A stretch of 64,000 bases of DNA from Waterburya sp. (GCA_965217895.1 CBDCJV010000002.1:2016001-2080000), one strand, 5' to 3'. Numbered from the stretch's first letter, positions 20,527 through 31,638 are shown. Made by a program: numbers and translations. Notes: a model not told the origin generated them from the letters alone.

Positions 20527-21873
20527 ATGAAATTAATTCCCAGGCTAAAACAATCATCTGTTCAACAAAAATTTCAATGGGTTGTAAAACCAGATAAATA
20601 TATGGACTCGGCAGTTAAACAAGCTCCTGATATATTTATTGCCGATATTGCAGGTAAAGACGGATATGTGTTTGTCAATCATCCTGAAGCAATGCGCCAG
20701 ATAGTAACGAGCGATCGCGATAAGTTTTTTGCTTCTGGTAAAGATAACGATCTTTTAAGACCTTTGGTGGGCGATAATTCTTTATTCTTAATTGAGGGCG
20801 ATCGCCATAAGCAACGTCGTAAGTTACTTTTGCCCCCGTTTCATGGCGAAAGAATGCAGACTTATAGCAAGTTAATTTGCGATCTGACTCAGAATATTTT
20901 CGCTAAGCTAAAGCCCAATCAGCCTTTTATGGCTCGTCAGGTGACTCAAGAGATATCTTTACAGGTAATTCTTGAAGCGGTTTATGGAGTACAGGATCGC
21001 GAAAGATACGAGGAATTAAAACAGCGCATTGCTAAACTGGCAGATATATTTGAGTCTCCTCTTACTTCCGCTTTCTTATTTTTTCCCTGGTTACAGCAAG
21101 ACTTAGGTGCCTGGAGTCCTTGGGGAAACTTTATTCGCCAACAAAAAGCCATTGATAAGGCAATTTATCAAGAACTTGCTACCAGAAGAACTCAGGATAA
21201 TAGTCAACGTCAGGATATTCTCTCTCTGATGATGTCTGCCAAAGATGAAGCAGGAGAAGGCATGAAAGACATTGAATTGCGAGATGAACTAATGACTCTA
21301 ATGCTGGCGGGTCATGAAACAACGGCTACGGCGATCGCCTGGGCATTATATTGGGTTTATCGTCAGCCAGATATAAAAGCAAAATTACAGGCAGAAATAG
21401 CCAGTTTGGGGACAGATCCTGACCCGATGGAAATTGCTAAACTACCTTATTTAGATGCCGTCTGCAAAGAAACCTTGCGGATTTATCCTGTAGCTATGCT
21501 TACTTTCCCCAGAGTAGTCCAAAAACCAATGGAACTAATGGACTATAAATTAGAAACGGGACAAGTATTAATGGGCTGTATTTATCTCCTCCACCACCGA
21601 GAAGAAGTGTATCCTGAATCCCAAAAGTTCAAGCCAGAACGTTTTTTGGAACATGAATTTGATCCTTATGAATTTTTTCCTTTTGGTGGTGGTAAGCGTC
21701 GCTGTATTGGTGAAGCTTTAGCAAAACTAGAAATGAAGTTAGCTTTAGCAACCATTATCTCCCAATATGAATTGGAGCTAATTGACAACAAGCCAGAAAC
21801 ACCAGCCAGGCGTGGCGTTACCCTTGCTCCCCAAACAGGAGTTAGAATGATGTTTAAAGGAAAGCGACAATAG
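20527..21873 (+). CDS. Cytochrome P450 (CYP110-like)
   Basis: AGHETT, ETLR, PERF and FGGGKRRCIG motifs. Confidence 0.95.
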   Translation: MKLIPRLKQSSVQQKFQWVVKPDKYMDSAVKQAPDIFIADIAGKDGYVFVNHPEAMRQIVTSDRDKFFASGKDNDLLRPLVGDNSLFLIEGDRHKQRRKLLLPPFHGERMQTYSKLICDLTQNIFAKLKPNQPFMARQVTQEISLQVILEAVYGVQDRERYEELKQRIAKLADIFESPLTSAFLFFPWLQQDLGAWSPWGNFIRQQKAIDKAIYQELATRRTQDNSQRQDILSLMMSAKDEAGEGMKDIELRDELMTLMLAGHETTATAIAWALYWVYRQPDIKAKLQAEIASLGTDPDPMEIAKLPYLDAVCKETLRIYPVAMLTFPRVVQKPMELMDYKLETGQVLMGCIYLLHHREEVYPESQKFKPERFLEHEFDPYEFFPFGGGKRRCIGEALAKLEMKLALATIISQYELELIDNKPETPARRGVTLAPQTGVRMMFKGKRQ

Positions 21874-21947
21874 ATTAGCAATGGAAATAAAATAAGAATT
21901 AAAGAATTGAGTGAAATCGATTGTGAATTATCTTATTTCTCAACTCT

Positions 21948-22994
21948 TTAACATTCTTGAATCGGCTTTATTTGATCGATAATCTCAGTCCACCACTTAG
22001 GTTCAGAGTTCGATTCGCTTTCCAGAATTTGTAATCCTTTAACAGCAAGGTTCGGATAAAGCTCATTGTAATATTCTTTAGCTACGTCTTGGCAATAGCG
22101 GTTCAGTTGGTCAAAAACATTAAAATAAAATGGAGAAAGAACCATCCCCATGCCAGAGTGATCTGATGATTCAAGTATGGATAATAGTGGCTCTCTCAAA
22201 TCTTCTGGAACACAACCATAATTTTTGCGAACTTCGCTGACGACCGATGTTGTGTCTCTACTTCTAAGTATTCCTGGAGTGTTAAATATTCTAGAGGCAG
22301 CTATTTCGTATTTACTAAATATTTTGTTAAAGCAACTTTCTTTAATTGAAGGAATTTCTAAAAAATCACTAACACTATATTTATCTTCAGGTTTAGCAAA
22401 GAGGTCGCTTAGAAGACGAGCAGCAGTAGCATCAATTCTGATGGTTATTCTAGTTTCTCCAGAAGTAGTTACAGTTTTGGTTATATCTAACCAAGGGGAA
22501 GTAATAGTATCTGGATAGGGTTTTGCTTGCCACTTTCTAGGTGGTGAGTCGTCCCTGATAGTTAGACCATCGTAGTAAAGTAAGACCCTGATTTTTGAAG
22601 GGTCTATACCTTCATTAGCCAATGCTTTCTTGATTGCTGAAACTGCTGTAATATGCGTCTCTATTACAGCAGTTTCAGCATAAAGCTGAGATGTTTCTTT
22701 TTTACCTGTAGTTGCCTGGATAACTTCATAGTAATCTCGATTATTTTTAATATCTTCTTCAGTCAACTTCAACTGAGTTGAGGCTAATAATAGTGGAAAT
22801 ATAAAAATTGTTAGTAACTTTTGAATCACTTTGTAATTTTTTCGCTCATTGAAGTATGTTTGATTAACATTATAAATTTTTACTTTAATTAATCTTGGCG
22901 ATCGCATTAATAACTTATAAGTGCGATCGCACTTCAACTGACATGAGTATGATATGGATATATTTTTGCTAAATTGTAAAATAGATAAACACAC
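21948..22994 (-). CDS. Hypothetical protein (true start probably downstream, near a hydrophobic segment)
   Basis: 348-codon ORF filling the gap; no recognised motif. Confidence 0.55.
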   Translation of the reverse strand: MCLSILQFSKNISISYSCQLKCDRTYKLLMRSPRLIKVKIYNVNQTYFNERKNYKVIQKLLTIFIFPLLLASTQLKLTEEDIKNNRDYYEVIQATTGKKETSQLYAETAVIETHITAVSAIKKALANEGIDPSKIRVLLYYDGLTIRDDSPPRKWQAKPYPDTITSPWLDITKTVTTSGETRITIRIDATAARLLSDLFAKPEDKYSVSDFLEIPSIKESCFNKIFSKYEIAASRIFNTPGILRSRDTTSVVSEVRKNYGCVPEDLREPLLSILESSDHSGMGMVLSPFYFNVFDQLNRYCQDVAKEYYNELYPNLAVKGLQILESESNSEPKWWTEIIDQIKPIQEC

Positions 22995-23097
22995 AGTAAG
23001 GCAATAATTAATTCAGCAATTTTGTTCTGTGCTGATTAAACTCTCGTTTAGCAATGTATCGGTTAAAATTTTGTTAACCTTTGACCAAAGCTGAAAT

Positions 23098-24948
23098 ATG
23101 TCTGAACCTGTTCTTGATGTTCGCCATCTCCAAGTCCAATTTACCACCGAGGCTAAACCTGTTGTTGCCGTTGAGGATTTGAGTTTCCAACTGAGAAAAG
23201 GAGAAAAATTGGGGATTGTCGGGGAATCTGGTTCGGGTAAATCGGTTACGTCTTTGGCAATTATGGGCTTAGTCCCCACTCCTGGGCAAATTACGGCAGG
23301 AGAAGTTTATTTTATCCCCGAAGGTAAGTCTAAGGTTGACTTGTTGCAAATCAACGAAGCAGAGCGCAGAAGCTATCGTGGTGGGGAAATTGCCATGATT
23401 TTTCAAGAGCCAATGAGCGCGCTTAATCCTGTGTACAATATTGGCTTTCAGCTTACAGAAGCAATTTTACTACATCAAAAGGTATCATCTGCCGAGGCGA
23501 GAAGAAAAGCGATCGCCCTATTACAAGAGGTTCAACTTTTACCCGCCGATGAAGTCTTTAAACAGCAGTATTCAACGGAAAATTCTGGTGCAGTTTTAGG
23601 AGAAAGGGAATTAGCTAGTCACATCAATCAGCGTAAGCAGGAAATTCTTAAACGTTATCCCCACGAGCTTTCAGGGGGACAACTACAGCGAGTGACAATT
23701 GCGATGGCGATTTCTTGTAACCCTAGCATCTTAATTGCCGATGAGCCGACAACCGCTTTAGATGTAACGGTTCAGGCTACTATCCTCGATCTGTTGCGAG
23801 ATCTTTGCACCGAACGAGGCATGGCGTTGATTTTTATTACTCATGATTTGGGGGTAATTGCCGAATTGGTAGACTCTGTAGCGGTGATGTATCGTGGCAA
23901 GGTAGTAGAATCTGGAGATATTAAAACCGTCTTCGCTAATCCTAGTCATCCCTATACTAAAGGCTTGTTGGCTTGTCGTCCTAGCTTGAAACGTCAGCTA
24001 AAGATTTTACCTACGGTGGCAGATTTTATGGATGTGTCTACCACTGAGTTGGGAGAAATTGAGATTACCGAAAAATCAACAGATCTTAACCATAGATTAA
24101 GTGAAGTGGTCACCAAAGCAGAACAGCGAGAAAGGCTAGAGAATTTGTTTCAGCAACAGCCAATTATGTCTGTTAAACAACTGCGGGTAGGCTTTCCTCT
24201 TAAGGGGATGTTTGGCACAACCAAAAAATATATGATGGCGGTAAACGATGTTTCTTTTGAGGTGTATCCAGGGGAAACACTAGGCTTAGTTGGCGAATCT
24301 GGCTGTGGGAAATCTACTCTAGCTAGAACTTTACTACGGCTGATTCAACCCATGCAGGGAGATATAGTTTTTGATGGCGACAACATTACCAATTTATCTT
24401 TAAGAAGCCAAAAATTGCGATCGCTCCGTCGGCAAATGCAGATTGTCTTTCAAAACCCCTATAATTCTCTCAATCCTCGCATTAATATTGGTAAAGCGAT
24501 CGCTGAACCCCTAGTTGTTCACAAGATAAAATGCGATCGCCAGAAGAAAGTCGCTGAATTATTAGAACGAGTTGGCTTAAACCCCAACATGAAAAACCGT
24601 TATCCTCATGAGTTTTCTGGTGGACAAAGACAACGGGTATGTATCGCCCGCGCCTTGGCTTTAGAACCTCAGTTTATTATCTGTGACGAGTCGGTTTCGG
24701 CTTTAGATGTTTCGGTACAGGCGCAGGTATTAAACCTTTTAAAGAAGCTTCAGGCAGAAATGGGATTGACCTACATCTTTATCTCTCACGATCTGAGCGT
24801 CGTTAAGTTTATGAGCGATCGCATTATCGTCATGAACCAGGGCAAAATTGAAGAAATTGATACCGCCGAAGAAATTTATCGTCATCCAAAAACAGACTAT
24901 ACTCGCAAATTAATTGAGTCTATTCCTACAGGGAACATGGCAAGTTGA
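23098..24948 (+). CDS. Peptide/nickel ABC transporter, fused dual ATPase
   Basis: Two Walker A motifs (GESGSGKS, GESGCGKS) and two YPHE(L/F)SGGQ signatures. Confidence 0.93.
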   Translation: MSEPVLDVRHLQVQFTTEAKPVVAVEDLSFQLRKGEKLGIVGESGSGKSVTSLAIMGLVPTPGQITAGEVYFIPEGKSKVDLLQINEAERRSYRGGEIAMIFQEPMSALNPVYNIGFQLTEAILLHQKVSSAEARRKAIALLQEVQLLPADEVFKQQYSTENSGAVLGERELASHINQRKQEILKRYPHELSGGQLQRVTIAMAISCNPSILIADEPTTALDVTVQATILDLLRDLCTERGMALIFITHDLGVIAELVDSVAVMYRGKVVESGDIKTVFANPSHPYTKGLLACRPSLKRQLKILPTVADFMDVSTTELGEIEITEKSTDLNHRLSEVVTKAEQRERLENLFQQQPIMSVKQLRVGFPLKGMFGTTKKYMMAVNDVSFEVYPGETLGLVGESGCGKSTLARTLLRLIQPMQGDIVFDGDNITNLSLRSQKLRSLRRQMQIVFQNPYNSLNPRINIGKAIAEPLVVHKIKCDRQKKVAELLERVGLNPNMKNRYPHEFSGGQRQRVCIARALALEPQFIICDESVSALDVSVQAQVLNLLKKLQAEMGLTYIFISHDLSVVKFMSDRIIVMNQGKIEEIDTAEEIYRHPKTDYTRKLIESIPTGNMAS

Positions 24949-25054
24949 TCTAAGTTTATCGACAATCAGATGATATCGAGGCTTTAATAGGATAACTCTA
25001 TCTTATAGAGCAATCAAATTAAGATTGATGAGCTAAACAAGGAGAATATTTTCT

Positions 25055-25258
25055 GTGAATAGAATGTCAAATACAAGCTTGAAGCAAGCCCTAGGATTTT
25101 TTACGGCAGCAATAGTTGCAGCTTTTATATATAAGTTTACTTTAGATATATCTGACGTTAGGTTATTTGTTTTAAAAATATTATTAACTATTTTTATTAG
25201 TGCGGGGGTTTGGCTAATAATTTGCTACGTAATCGACAAAATTGATACTGGTAAATAA
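25055..25258 (+). CDS. Small hypothetical membrane protein
   Basis: 67 aa with two hydrophobic segments; GGAG RBS-like sequence upstream. Confidence 0.5.
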   Translation: MNRMSNTSLKQALGFFTAAIVAAFIYKFTLDISDVRLFVLKILLTIFISAGVWLIICYVIDKIDTGK

Positions 25259-25260
25259 AT

Positions 25261-26337
25261 CTAAACCTGAAAAGGATTAGAAAGATAATCGGCAGTGTTT
25301 TCTACCAAGGCGATCGCATTTTCGTATAACATTCTCTTAGGACCGAGAATACCTACGCTGCCTACTGCTACATCATCTCGATAATAGTTAGCCGAAACTA
25401 AAGTACAGGTACGCATGGGTTCTAAATGATTTTCCCTGCCAATTTTGATACTTACTCGCTTAAGAGAATCTTCGATAGCAGGAATAGTAAAAATAGCTGG
25501 CAAAAGCTCTTCTTGCTGTTCTTCTAACAAAGATAATAGAGCTTGCACCTGCTGAAGCTGAGTAAACTCTGGCTGACGTAAAAATTCGGCTACACCATGA
25601 ATTAGGATGGGACTTGAGTAGCTAGTTTGCATAGATAGTTTAAGCTGCTTGAGTAATATACCCAAAAAACCTGCATACTGAGCAAAATCACGGTCTATTT
25701 CTGCCCAATCTAAAGTAGCAATTTCTGTTAAAGAACGTCCCCTCAGTTCATGGTCGAGAAAGTTAGACAATAATTGCAGTTCACGATCAATAATTGACTC
25801 ATCTGCTTCTTTATCTATTGCAGGAGATTCCATTAGGATTGATTGGGTTTGATAGGAATCTGTAACCACAATCAACATAACCTGATTGTCAGCCACCCGT
25901 ACAAGCTGTAAATGGCGCAGAGTACTATTTTGGTTTTGAGGAAAGGTAATTAGGGCAATATAGCCACTTAAGGCAGCGAGAATTTTAGCTGATTGCTGCA
26001 ATAAAGCTTCAAAACTAGCTCGTCCTAACTGCAACTCTTGCTGAAGCAATTTCTGCACCATTGTATTAATTTTGTCGTCGGGAATGAGCAAATGATCGAC
26101 GTAGGTGCGATAGCCTGAATCAGAAGGAACTCTTCCCGCAGATATATGAGGCTGGTAAAGTAGTCCTGCCTCTTCTAAACGCCCCATAATATTACGTATA
26201 GTTGCTGAACTGACGTTAAAGTCATATTCCTGCGCCAAAGTTTTGGAAGCTACTGGCTCTGCTGTGGCAATGTAATGTTTAATCGTTGCTTTTAATATAT
26301 TTTGATATCTTGCACTCAGTTTAGATTGATGTGCCAT
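25261..26337 (-). CDS. hrcA: Heat-inducible transcription repressor
   Basis: SSATIRN, QPHISAGRVPSDSGYR and GILGPKRM motifs. Confidence 0.95.
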   Translation of the reverse strand: MAHQSKLSARYQNILKATIKHYIATAEPVASKTLAQEYDFNVSSATIRNIMGRLEEAGLLYQPHISAGRVPSDSGYRTYVDHLLIPDDKINTMVQKLLQQELQLGRASFEALLQQSAKILAALSGYIALITFPQNQNSTLRHLQLVRVADNQVMLIVVTDSYQTQSILMESPAIDKEADESIIDRELQLLSNFLDHELRGRSLTEIATLDWAEIDRDFAQYAGFLGILLKQLKLSMQTSYSSPILIHGVAEFLRQPEFTQLQQVQALLSLLEEQQEELLPAIFTIPAIEDSLKRVSIKIGRENHLEPMRTCTLVSANYYRDDVAVGSVGILGPKRMLYENAIALVENTADYLSNPFQV

Positions 26338-26412
26338 TAAAGATAATTAATTATTGGGTTAACTATAATTTTCGCTAAAGTATAGCCTGTAAGTCAGATT
26401 AATAAAAGCAAA

Positions 26413-26763
26413 TTAGTAACGGTAAATAGTTGAATCGACAAGAAGTGAATACGCATCTATACCTCCCATTACATTATAAAGGTTGCTAAAACCTCTGGTG
26501 GCTAGCCATTGACACATTTGAGCCGAACGTCTTCCATGGTGACACAGAACTATAGTTTCTGCCTCTGGCTGAAGACAGGTAAAAATTTTTTCTGACCATT
26601 GTTCAATTTCACTTAAGGGATATAAGTCAAATCCTTCAATCTTTGCCAAATTTGCCTCCGATCTTTCTCTTACGTCAACTAACTGTAACGATTGACTGAC
26701 TTGTGCCAAACGCAGAGCCAACTGCTGAACATCGATTTCAGAGATGGCTGAATTATAGTGCAT
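26413..26763 (-). CDS. Rhodanese-domain protein
   Basis: LVDVRE, LCHHGRRS and GGIDAY motifs. Confidence 0.9.
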   Translation of the reverse strand: MHYNSAISEIDVQQLALRLAQVSQSLQLVDVRERSEANLAKIEGFDLYPLSEIEQWSEKIFTCLQPEAETIVLCHHGRRSAQMCQWLATRGFSNLYNVMGGIDAYSLLVDSTIYRY

Positions 26764-26897
26764 TTTTACTACTAGAGATTTTACTATACTTTGATTCTCC
26801 CTTAAGTTTAAGGAAATTTATTGTTAATTTTTTTACCGACCGACAGTACCTATAATATTAAGCATGGTTATGATTGCTCTTAATTAGCTTCTAGGTA

Positions 26898-28034
26898 ATG
26901 AAATTTCGTTCTTTTTTTTGGGCTTTGATTACAGGGGCCGCGATCGTATTTGCGATCGCTATGAGTAGTTTAGGTTGGATTGCCACTCAAAGTCCAATCA
27001 ATCTGGTAAAAGGTGGAGTTAATACCTTGCCCCAAGCAGCAATGTTTATGCCCAGACAAGCTCCTGCAATGGTTTCATTATTAATCAATCCAGAAAAATT
27101 ATATGCTTGGAGAGAAGTTTCTTTACCTTTAAAAGACCGCAATAGCGATCGCCAGCAGTGGCAGAAATGGAAAACAAGCTTGCTAAATAAAATCGGCTTT
27201 GATTATCAGCAAGATATTAAACCCTGGCTAGGAGACGAGATAACCTGGGGAATCACTAGCATAGATTATGACCGTAACTCTAGTAACGGTACTCAACCAG
27301 GATATCTCTTAGCAGCAGCAACCAGAAATACTAACCAAGCTCAAGAATCTCTACGCAGCTTTTATAGAGAGAAAGATAATGTTACCAGCGAGCAGTACAA
27401 AGGAGCAAATATTATCTCTCAATCTGCCAAGGTTAAATCTAATACTGTCCCGTGGGCAAGTGTAGTAGTGGGTAATTTTGTTTTGTTTGCCAATCAGCCT
27501 CAAATTCTCAAAGAAGCGATTAATCAAGCTCAAGCAGTTAGCTTAAATTTAGCCAACACAGATTATTATCAAACAGCTTTGGGAGAAATTAAAAAACCCC
27601 ATGTAGGATTAGCCTATCTAAATGTTTTGGGGACATCAGCATGGTTAAATAAGTCACCAACATTAACTAAGCTTAATCCCGAACAGATATTAAGCGCATC
27701 TTTATCGATCCATCGATCGGGATTAACTGCCAATACTGCCTTAATTGACATAAATAAGCCTGCTGAAAATTCCCAAACAGTCCAAACCTTTTTAGACAAC
27801 CCTGAATTACAAAAGATTTTTGCTTCTCTTCCCTTTGATCGGCAAAATTTTGCCTATATAGACTTACAGGAAAGAACATCGTTGCTAGAAGAACAAATCC
27901 CACTCTATAAGGTAACCAAGCTGGCAATTCAATCCTTGTTTCCGCGTTTAAAAGCGATCGCCATTAATAATTTAGGTGATCGAGAAGATGCTGGTATTAG
28001 TCGCACCAAGCTTAATTTAATTTTTAGAAAGTGA
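26898..28034 (+). CDS. DUF3352-like cyanobacterial membrane-anchored protein
   Basis: N-terminal TM; DYQQDIKPWLGDEIT motif. Confidence 0.7.
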   Translation: MKFRSFFWALITGAAIVFAIAMSSLGWIATQSPINLVKGGVNTLPQAAMFMPRQAPAMVSLLINPEKLYAWREVSLPLKDRNSDRQQWQKWKTSLLNKIGFDYQQDIKPWLGDEITWGITSIDYDRNSSNGTQPGYLLAAATRNTNQAQESLRSFYREKDNVTSEQYKGANIISQSAKVKSNTVPWASVVVGNFVLFANQPQILKEAINQAQAVSLNLANTDYYQTALGEIKKPHVGLAYLNVLGTSAWLNKSPTLTKLNPEQILSASLSIHRSGLTANTALIDINKPAENSQTVQTFLDNPELQKIFASLPFDRQNFAYIDLQERTSLLEEQIPLYKVTKLAIQSLFPRLKAIAINNLGDREDAGISRTKLNLIFRK

Positions 28035-28045
28035 TAGAAAAGGGA

Positions 28046-28158
28046 TATATAGCCGTACAAAATTAGATTAGGACACTTAAATTACTTATTACTTATTACT
28101 TTTTACTTACGAGCAACTAAATTTTCCGTCCTAACCGATTAACGTACTGCGATATATA
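28046..28158. repeat. MITE-like element with imperfect terminal inverted repeats and internal TTACTTA heptamers; partial second copy at ~29656-29711
   Basis: tatatagccgtac...ttaggac versus gtcctaa...gtactgcgatata; the segment ttacttacgagcaa.taaatttt...cgattaac recurs after the kinase gene. Confidence 0.55.
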
Positions 28159-28272
28159 GCTAAGGCGATCGCTTACTAAAACGGTTGGCGTTGCTGAATC
28201 AGGGTATGAAATATAAAATTTTTAATATTGTATATTTTTTAAAAGTTAAAAGCTAATAGCTACGATGTGTAG

Positions 28273-29655
28273 ATGAACTTACTATTTCAATCAACTCGTC
28301 GTCGTCTTGCCCTCTGGTATACGGCTGTCACGGCTGTCTTGCTGCTGATTTTTGCCACTGGGGTATATTTTTATGTCCGCAATACCTTAGTAGATCGTAT
28401 CGATGATACTCTCAAACACGTTGTGGAAGTAGTAGATCGTTCTTTAGTTATTCAGCCATTGGCAGAAACCAAAGGTAGATACGGAGTAAATGTTGACGCT
28501 AGCTTTAATCAGAACGTAGGTAGCCTAGAAGACGATCATATTGACTTAGAATGGTTCAACCCTCAACAAAGCTTGCTTTGGTCTACTTTTGAGCAACCAA
28601 TAGATTATCCTCTACATCCCAACCGCAGTGGTGAAACAGTTTATTTAAGTGGCGATCGCGTTCTGCGCCAAATTGTTCAAAAAGTGGAGTTAGAACATCG
28701 TGTCTTAGGCTATCTACGGGTAAGCCATCCTTGGTTTGAGGTCACAAAACCAATTAACCAGCTAACGAGGGATCTGATTATTGGCATTAGCTTAATGATA
28801 CTTTCTGTTGGTGGCATCGGCTGGTTTTTGTCGGGAATCGCAATCAAGCCTGTTCAAGTTTCTTATTCTAGCTTAAAACAGTTTACTGCTGATGCCTCCC
28901 ATGAGTTACGCAATCCGATTGCAACTATTCAAACCAACGTCCAGATGGCATTGGCATATCCCGAAGCTGAACCCCAGCTACAGCAAAGGCAGTTGCAGAT
29001 TATTGAACGCCTAACCCAAAAGCTAGGGCGTTTGGTTAACGATCTCTTGTTTTTAGCTCGCGCCGATAGTGGTATGGCACAGTTAGATTGGCAAACAGTA
29101 CCTTTAGATGCTCTTTTAATTGATGTCATTGAAGAACAAAGGCTTGCTGCTACCCAAAAAGGCTTGTTTCTTTCCTTACGTATAGTTGAGCCAGAAATTG
29201 AAGCAGAATTTAACGAAGAAGACGTTTTTACTGTTAGGGGAGACTGGGACTATTTATCTCGCCTCTTTACTAATTTGATTGCCAATGCGATAGAGCATAC
29301 AGAATCGTCAGAAGAATCTGTCGAGACTTCAATTGAAGTAGAGTTAGCGTTAATTAAACCTATCCTCAAAACTATCAGAGTTAGAGAATCTTATCGTCAG
29401 TATGAGTTACAGGTGAAGGTTACAGACAGTGGTAAAGGTATTTCCGAATCTTCTCTTCCCCATATCTTCGATCGCTTTTATCGTGGCGATCCTGCTCGCT
29501 CTTTTCAACGCCAGATTAACACACCTACAGGTGCAGGTTTAGGACTGGCGATCGCTAAAGCCATTGTCGAAAATCATCAGGGACAAATTACAGTAAAGAG
29601 TGTCTTAGAACAGGGAACGACTTTTACCGTCACTCTTCCTCAATATGAAAATTAA
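28273..29655 (+). CDS. Two-component sensor histidine kinase
   Basis: FTADASHELRNP H-box, N-box, DSGKGI, FDRFYR and GAGLGLAI; two TM segments. Confidence 0.95.
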   Translation: MNLLFQSTRRRLALWYTAVTAVLLLIFATGVYFYVRNTLVDRIDDTLKHVVEVVDRSLVIQPLAETKGRYGVNVDASFNQNVGSLEDDHIDLEWFNPQQSLLWSTFEQPIDYPLHPNRSGETVYLSGDRVLRQIVQKVELEHRVLGYLRVSHPWFEVTKPINQLTRDLIIGISLMILSVGGIGWFLSGIAIKPVQVSYSSLKQFTADASHELRNPIATIQTNVQMALAYPEAEPQLQQRQLQIIERLTQKLGRLVNDLLFLARADSGMAQLDWQTVPLDALLIDVIEEQRLAATQKGLFLSLRIVEPEIEAEFNEEDVFTVRGDWDYLSRLFTNLIANAIEHTESSEESVETSIEVELALIKPILKTIRVRESYRQYELQVKVTDSGKGISESSLPHIFDRFYRGDPARSFQRQINTPTGAGLGLAIAKAIVENHQGQITVKSVLEQGTTFTVTLPQYEN

Positions 29656-29715
29656 TTATATTACTTACGAGCAATTAAATTTTTCCTCATCGATTAACAT
29701 ACCGCAATATTTTCC

Positions 29716-30708
29716 CTAGCCAATTTCAGCTAGAGCAGCATTAATAGTTAAAGAATTTGCCCCAGGCAAACAAGCGTGTTGACTAATATAGCGTTTCCAG
29801 GCTTTTGTCCCAGGCTGCTCAGCAAATAGCTGTAACATATGACGGCTAATAGAATTAAGTCTTGTTTCTCTACCAATCCAATAGTCAATATAGGGAATCA
29901 TTGCCCGAACAATCTGCTGACGGCTTAAAGGAGTTGTGTCTTCTCCATAAATATCTTTATCTACCGTAGCGAAAATATAGGGGCGATCGTAAGCAGCCCT
30001 GCCAATCATAGCTGCATCTACAGACTGAAGGTGTTTTTTCGCTTGTTCAATATTAGTAATGCCACCGTTAATCTCAATAAAAAGATGGGGAAAATCTTGT
30101 TTAAGACGATAGACATCTTCATAGCGCAACGGGGGAACATGACGATTTTCTTTGGGACTCAAACCCTGTAACCAAGCTTTACGCGCGTGAATCGAAAAAT
30201 TGGTACAGCCAACTTCTGAGACAATACGCACAAAGTTGACCATATCTTCATAGCGATCGCACTCGTCCACGCCAATACGATGTTTAACCGTTACAGGGAT
30301 ATCTACTGCCTTTCGCATCGCTTCTACCCCCGCAGCGACTAATTCAGGCTGGGTCATCAAACAGGCACCAAAGTTTCCGTTTTGTACCCTGGGACTAGGA
30401 CAGCCAATATTTAAGTTAAGAGCGTCGTAGCCCCAATCTGCGCCAATTTTGGCACACTCTGCCAACTGAGTAGGATCATCTCCTCCTAGCTGTAATACTA
30501 AAGGTTTTTCTTCGGGAGAAAAATCCAATAGCTTGTGGCGATCGCCATAAATAATTGCTTGGGTAGTAATCATCTCTGTGTATAGCAAAGTGCGACGACT
30601 AATTTGACGCATGAAATAACGATAATGACGATCTGTACGATCCATCATTGGCGCAATACTCAGAGGATTATTAACAATGGCTTGTTTGTTTAAATTATTG
30701 CTGTTCAT
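29716..30708 (-). CDS. dusA: tRNA-dihydrouridine synthase A
   Basis: APMMDRTDRH, LNIGCPS, VKHRIG and HARKAWLQGLSPKENR motifs. Confidence 0.95.
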   Translation of the reverse strand: MNSNNLNKQAIVNNPLSIAPMMDRTDRHYRYFMRQISRRTLLYTEMITTQAIIYGDRHKLLDFSPEEKPLVLQLGGDDPTQLAECAKIGADWGYDALNLNIGCPSPRVQNGNFGACLMTQPELVAAGVEAMRKAVDIPVTVKHRIGVDECDRYEDMVNFVRIVSEVGCTNFSIHARKAWLQGLSPKENRHVPPLRYEDVYRLKQDFPHLFIEINGGITNIEQAKKHLQSVDAAMIGRAAYDRPYIFATVDKDIYGEDTTPLSRQQIVRAMIPYIDYWIGRETRLNSISRHMLQLFAEQPGTKAWKRYISQHACLPGANSLTINAALAEIG

Positions 30709-30806
30709 AATGCCATTTATCTAATGCTGATAAATAATAGTTCTCGCCTTGCTTCAGTTGCTAATATTCTAGATATATCTCATAAAACTAAAAAAATTAT
30801 CAGCTT

Positions 30807-31067
30807 ATGGCTCGTTTAAATATTCACAGTCTGTCGATGCAAATTAGTCGTATGTTTGAGCAAGGGCAGTCTTTTTTCTGTGCTATCAAAGTCCAAGACT
30901 GGCTGAAAGAAAGAAATGAAAACCCTGATGATTACGATATTTTGTTTCACGAAAAACCAGCTCCACCAGGATCGGGATTAATCATCATGCGAGAAATTGA
31001 GTTGCGTCGCAAAGACGGCAAACCAGTTGAGGCTTGGTTACAAGAGGATATAAATAGCTATACCTAA
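30807..31067 (+). CDS. Small hypothetical protein
   Basis: 86-aa ORF divergent from dusA with normal composition. Confidence 0.7.
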   Translation: MARLNIHSLSMQISRMFEQGQSFFCAIKVQDWLKERNENPDDYDILFHEKPAPPGSGLIIMREIELRRKDGKPVEAWLQEDINSYT

Positions 31068-31209
31068 TTGAACTAAACTTGAGTGAGTATTTCTTAAACT
31101 ATACGACCATAATCTAGTTTAATCAGGCGATGAGGCTTAGGCAAGCGATCGCTTTTTTAGATTGAGTAAAGTAGAATAAGAAATATTTACAGAGCCAACA
31201 GTCATCCAA

Positions 31210-31638
31210 ATGACACCAGCAGAAATCCAAAGCACTATTGAACAAATGCTATCTGTTCAAAGACAAATTCAGGAAAGTCAAATTAAAAACACAGACAATA
31301 TAGCTAGGTTAGAAAGCCAAACTCAGTCAAACAGTCAGTTAATCCGAGAAAATAGTCAATCAATCCGAGAAAACGGTCAGTTAATCCGAGAAAATAGTCA
31401 ATCAATCCGAGAAGAAGGTGAGTTAATTCGAGAATTTGCTAGCGATACCAGGGCAGATATTGCACTTTTAGTAGAAGAGATTGCTAAATTAGCTGTAGAC
31501 CAAAGAGAGAAATTTAATCAATTTTATGGCTATCATATAGCTGCTGATTCCGATCGACTAAATATTATTGAAAGACTCCACTTTGTTGAGCAAGAAGTAG
31601 AAAGGCTCAAGGGAAGGCTGGATAACGAAACAAATTGA
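31210..31638 (+). CDS. Coiled-coil protein with 7-aa (21-bp) tandem repeats
   Basis: IRENSQS/LIRENGQ repeats at ~31330-31432. Confidence 0.75.
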   Translation: MTPAEIQSTIEQMLSVQRQIQESQIKNTDNIARLESQTQSNSQLIRENSQSIRENGQLIRENSQSIREEGELIREFASDTRADIALLVEEIAKLAVDQREKFNQFYGYHIAADSDRLNIIERLHFVEQEVERLKGRLDNETN

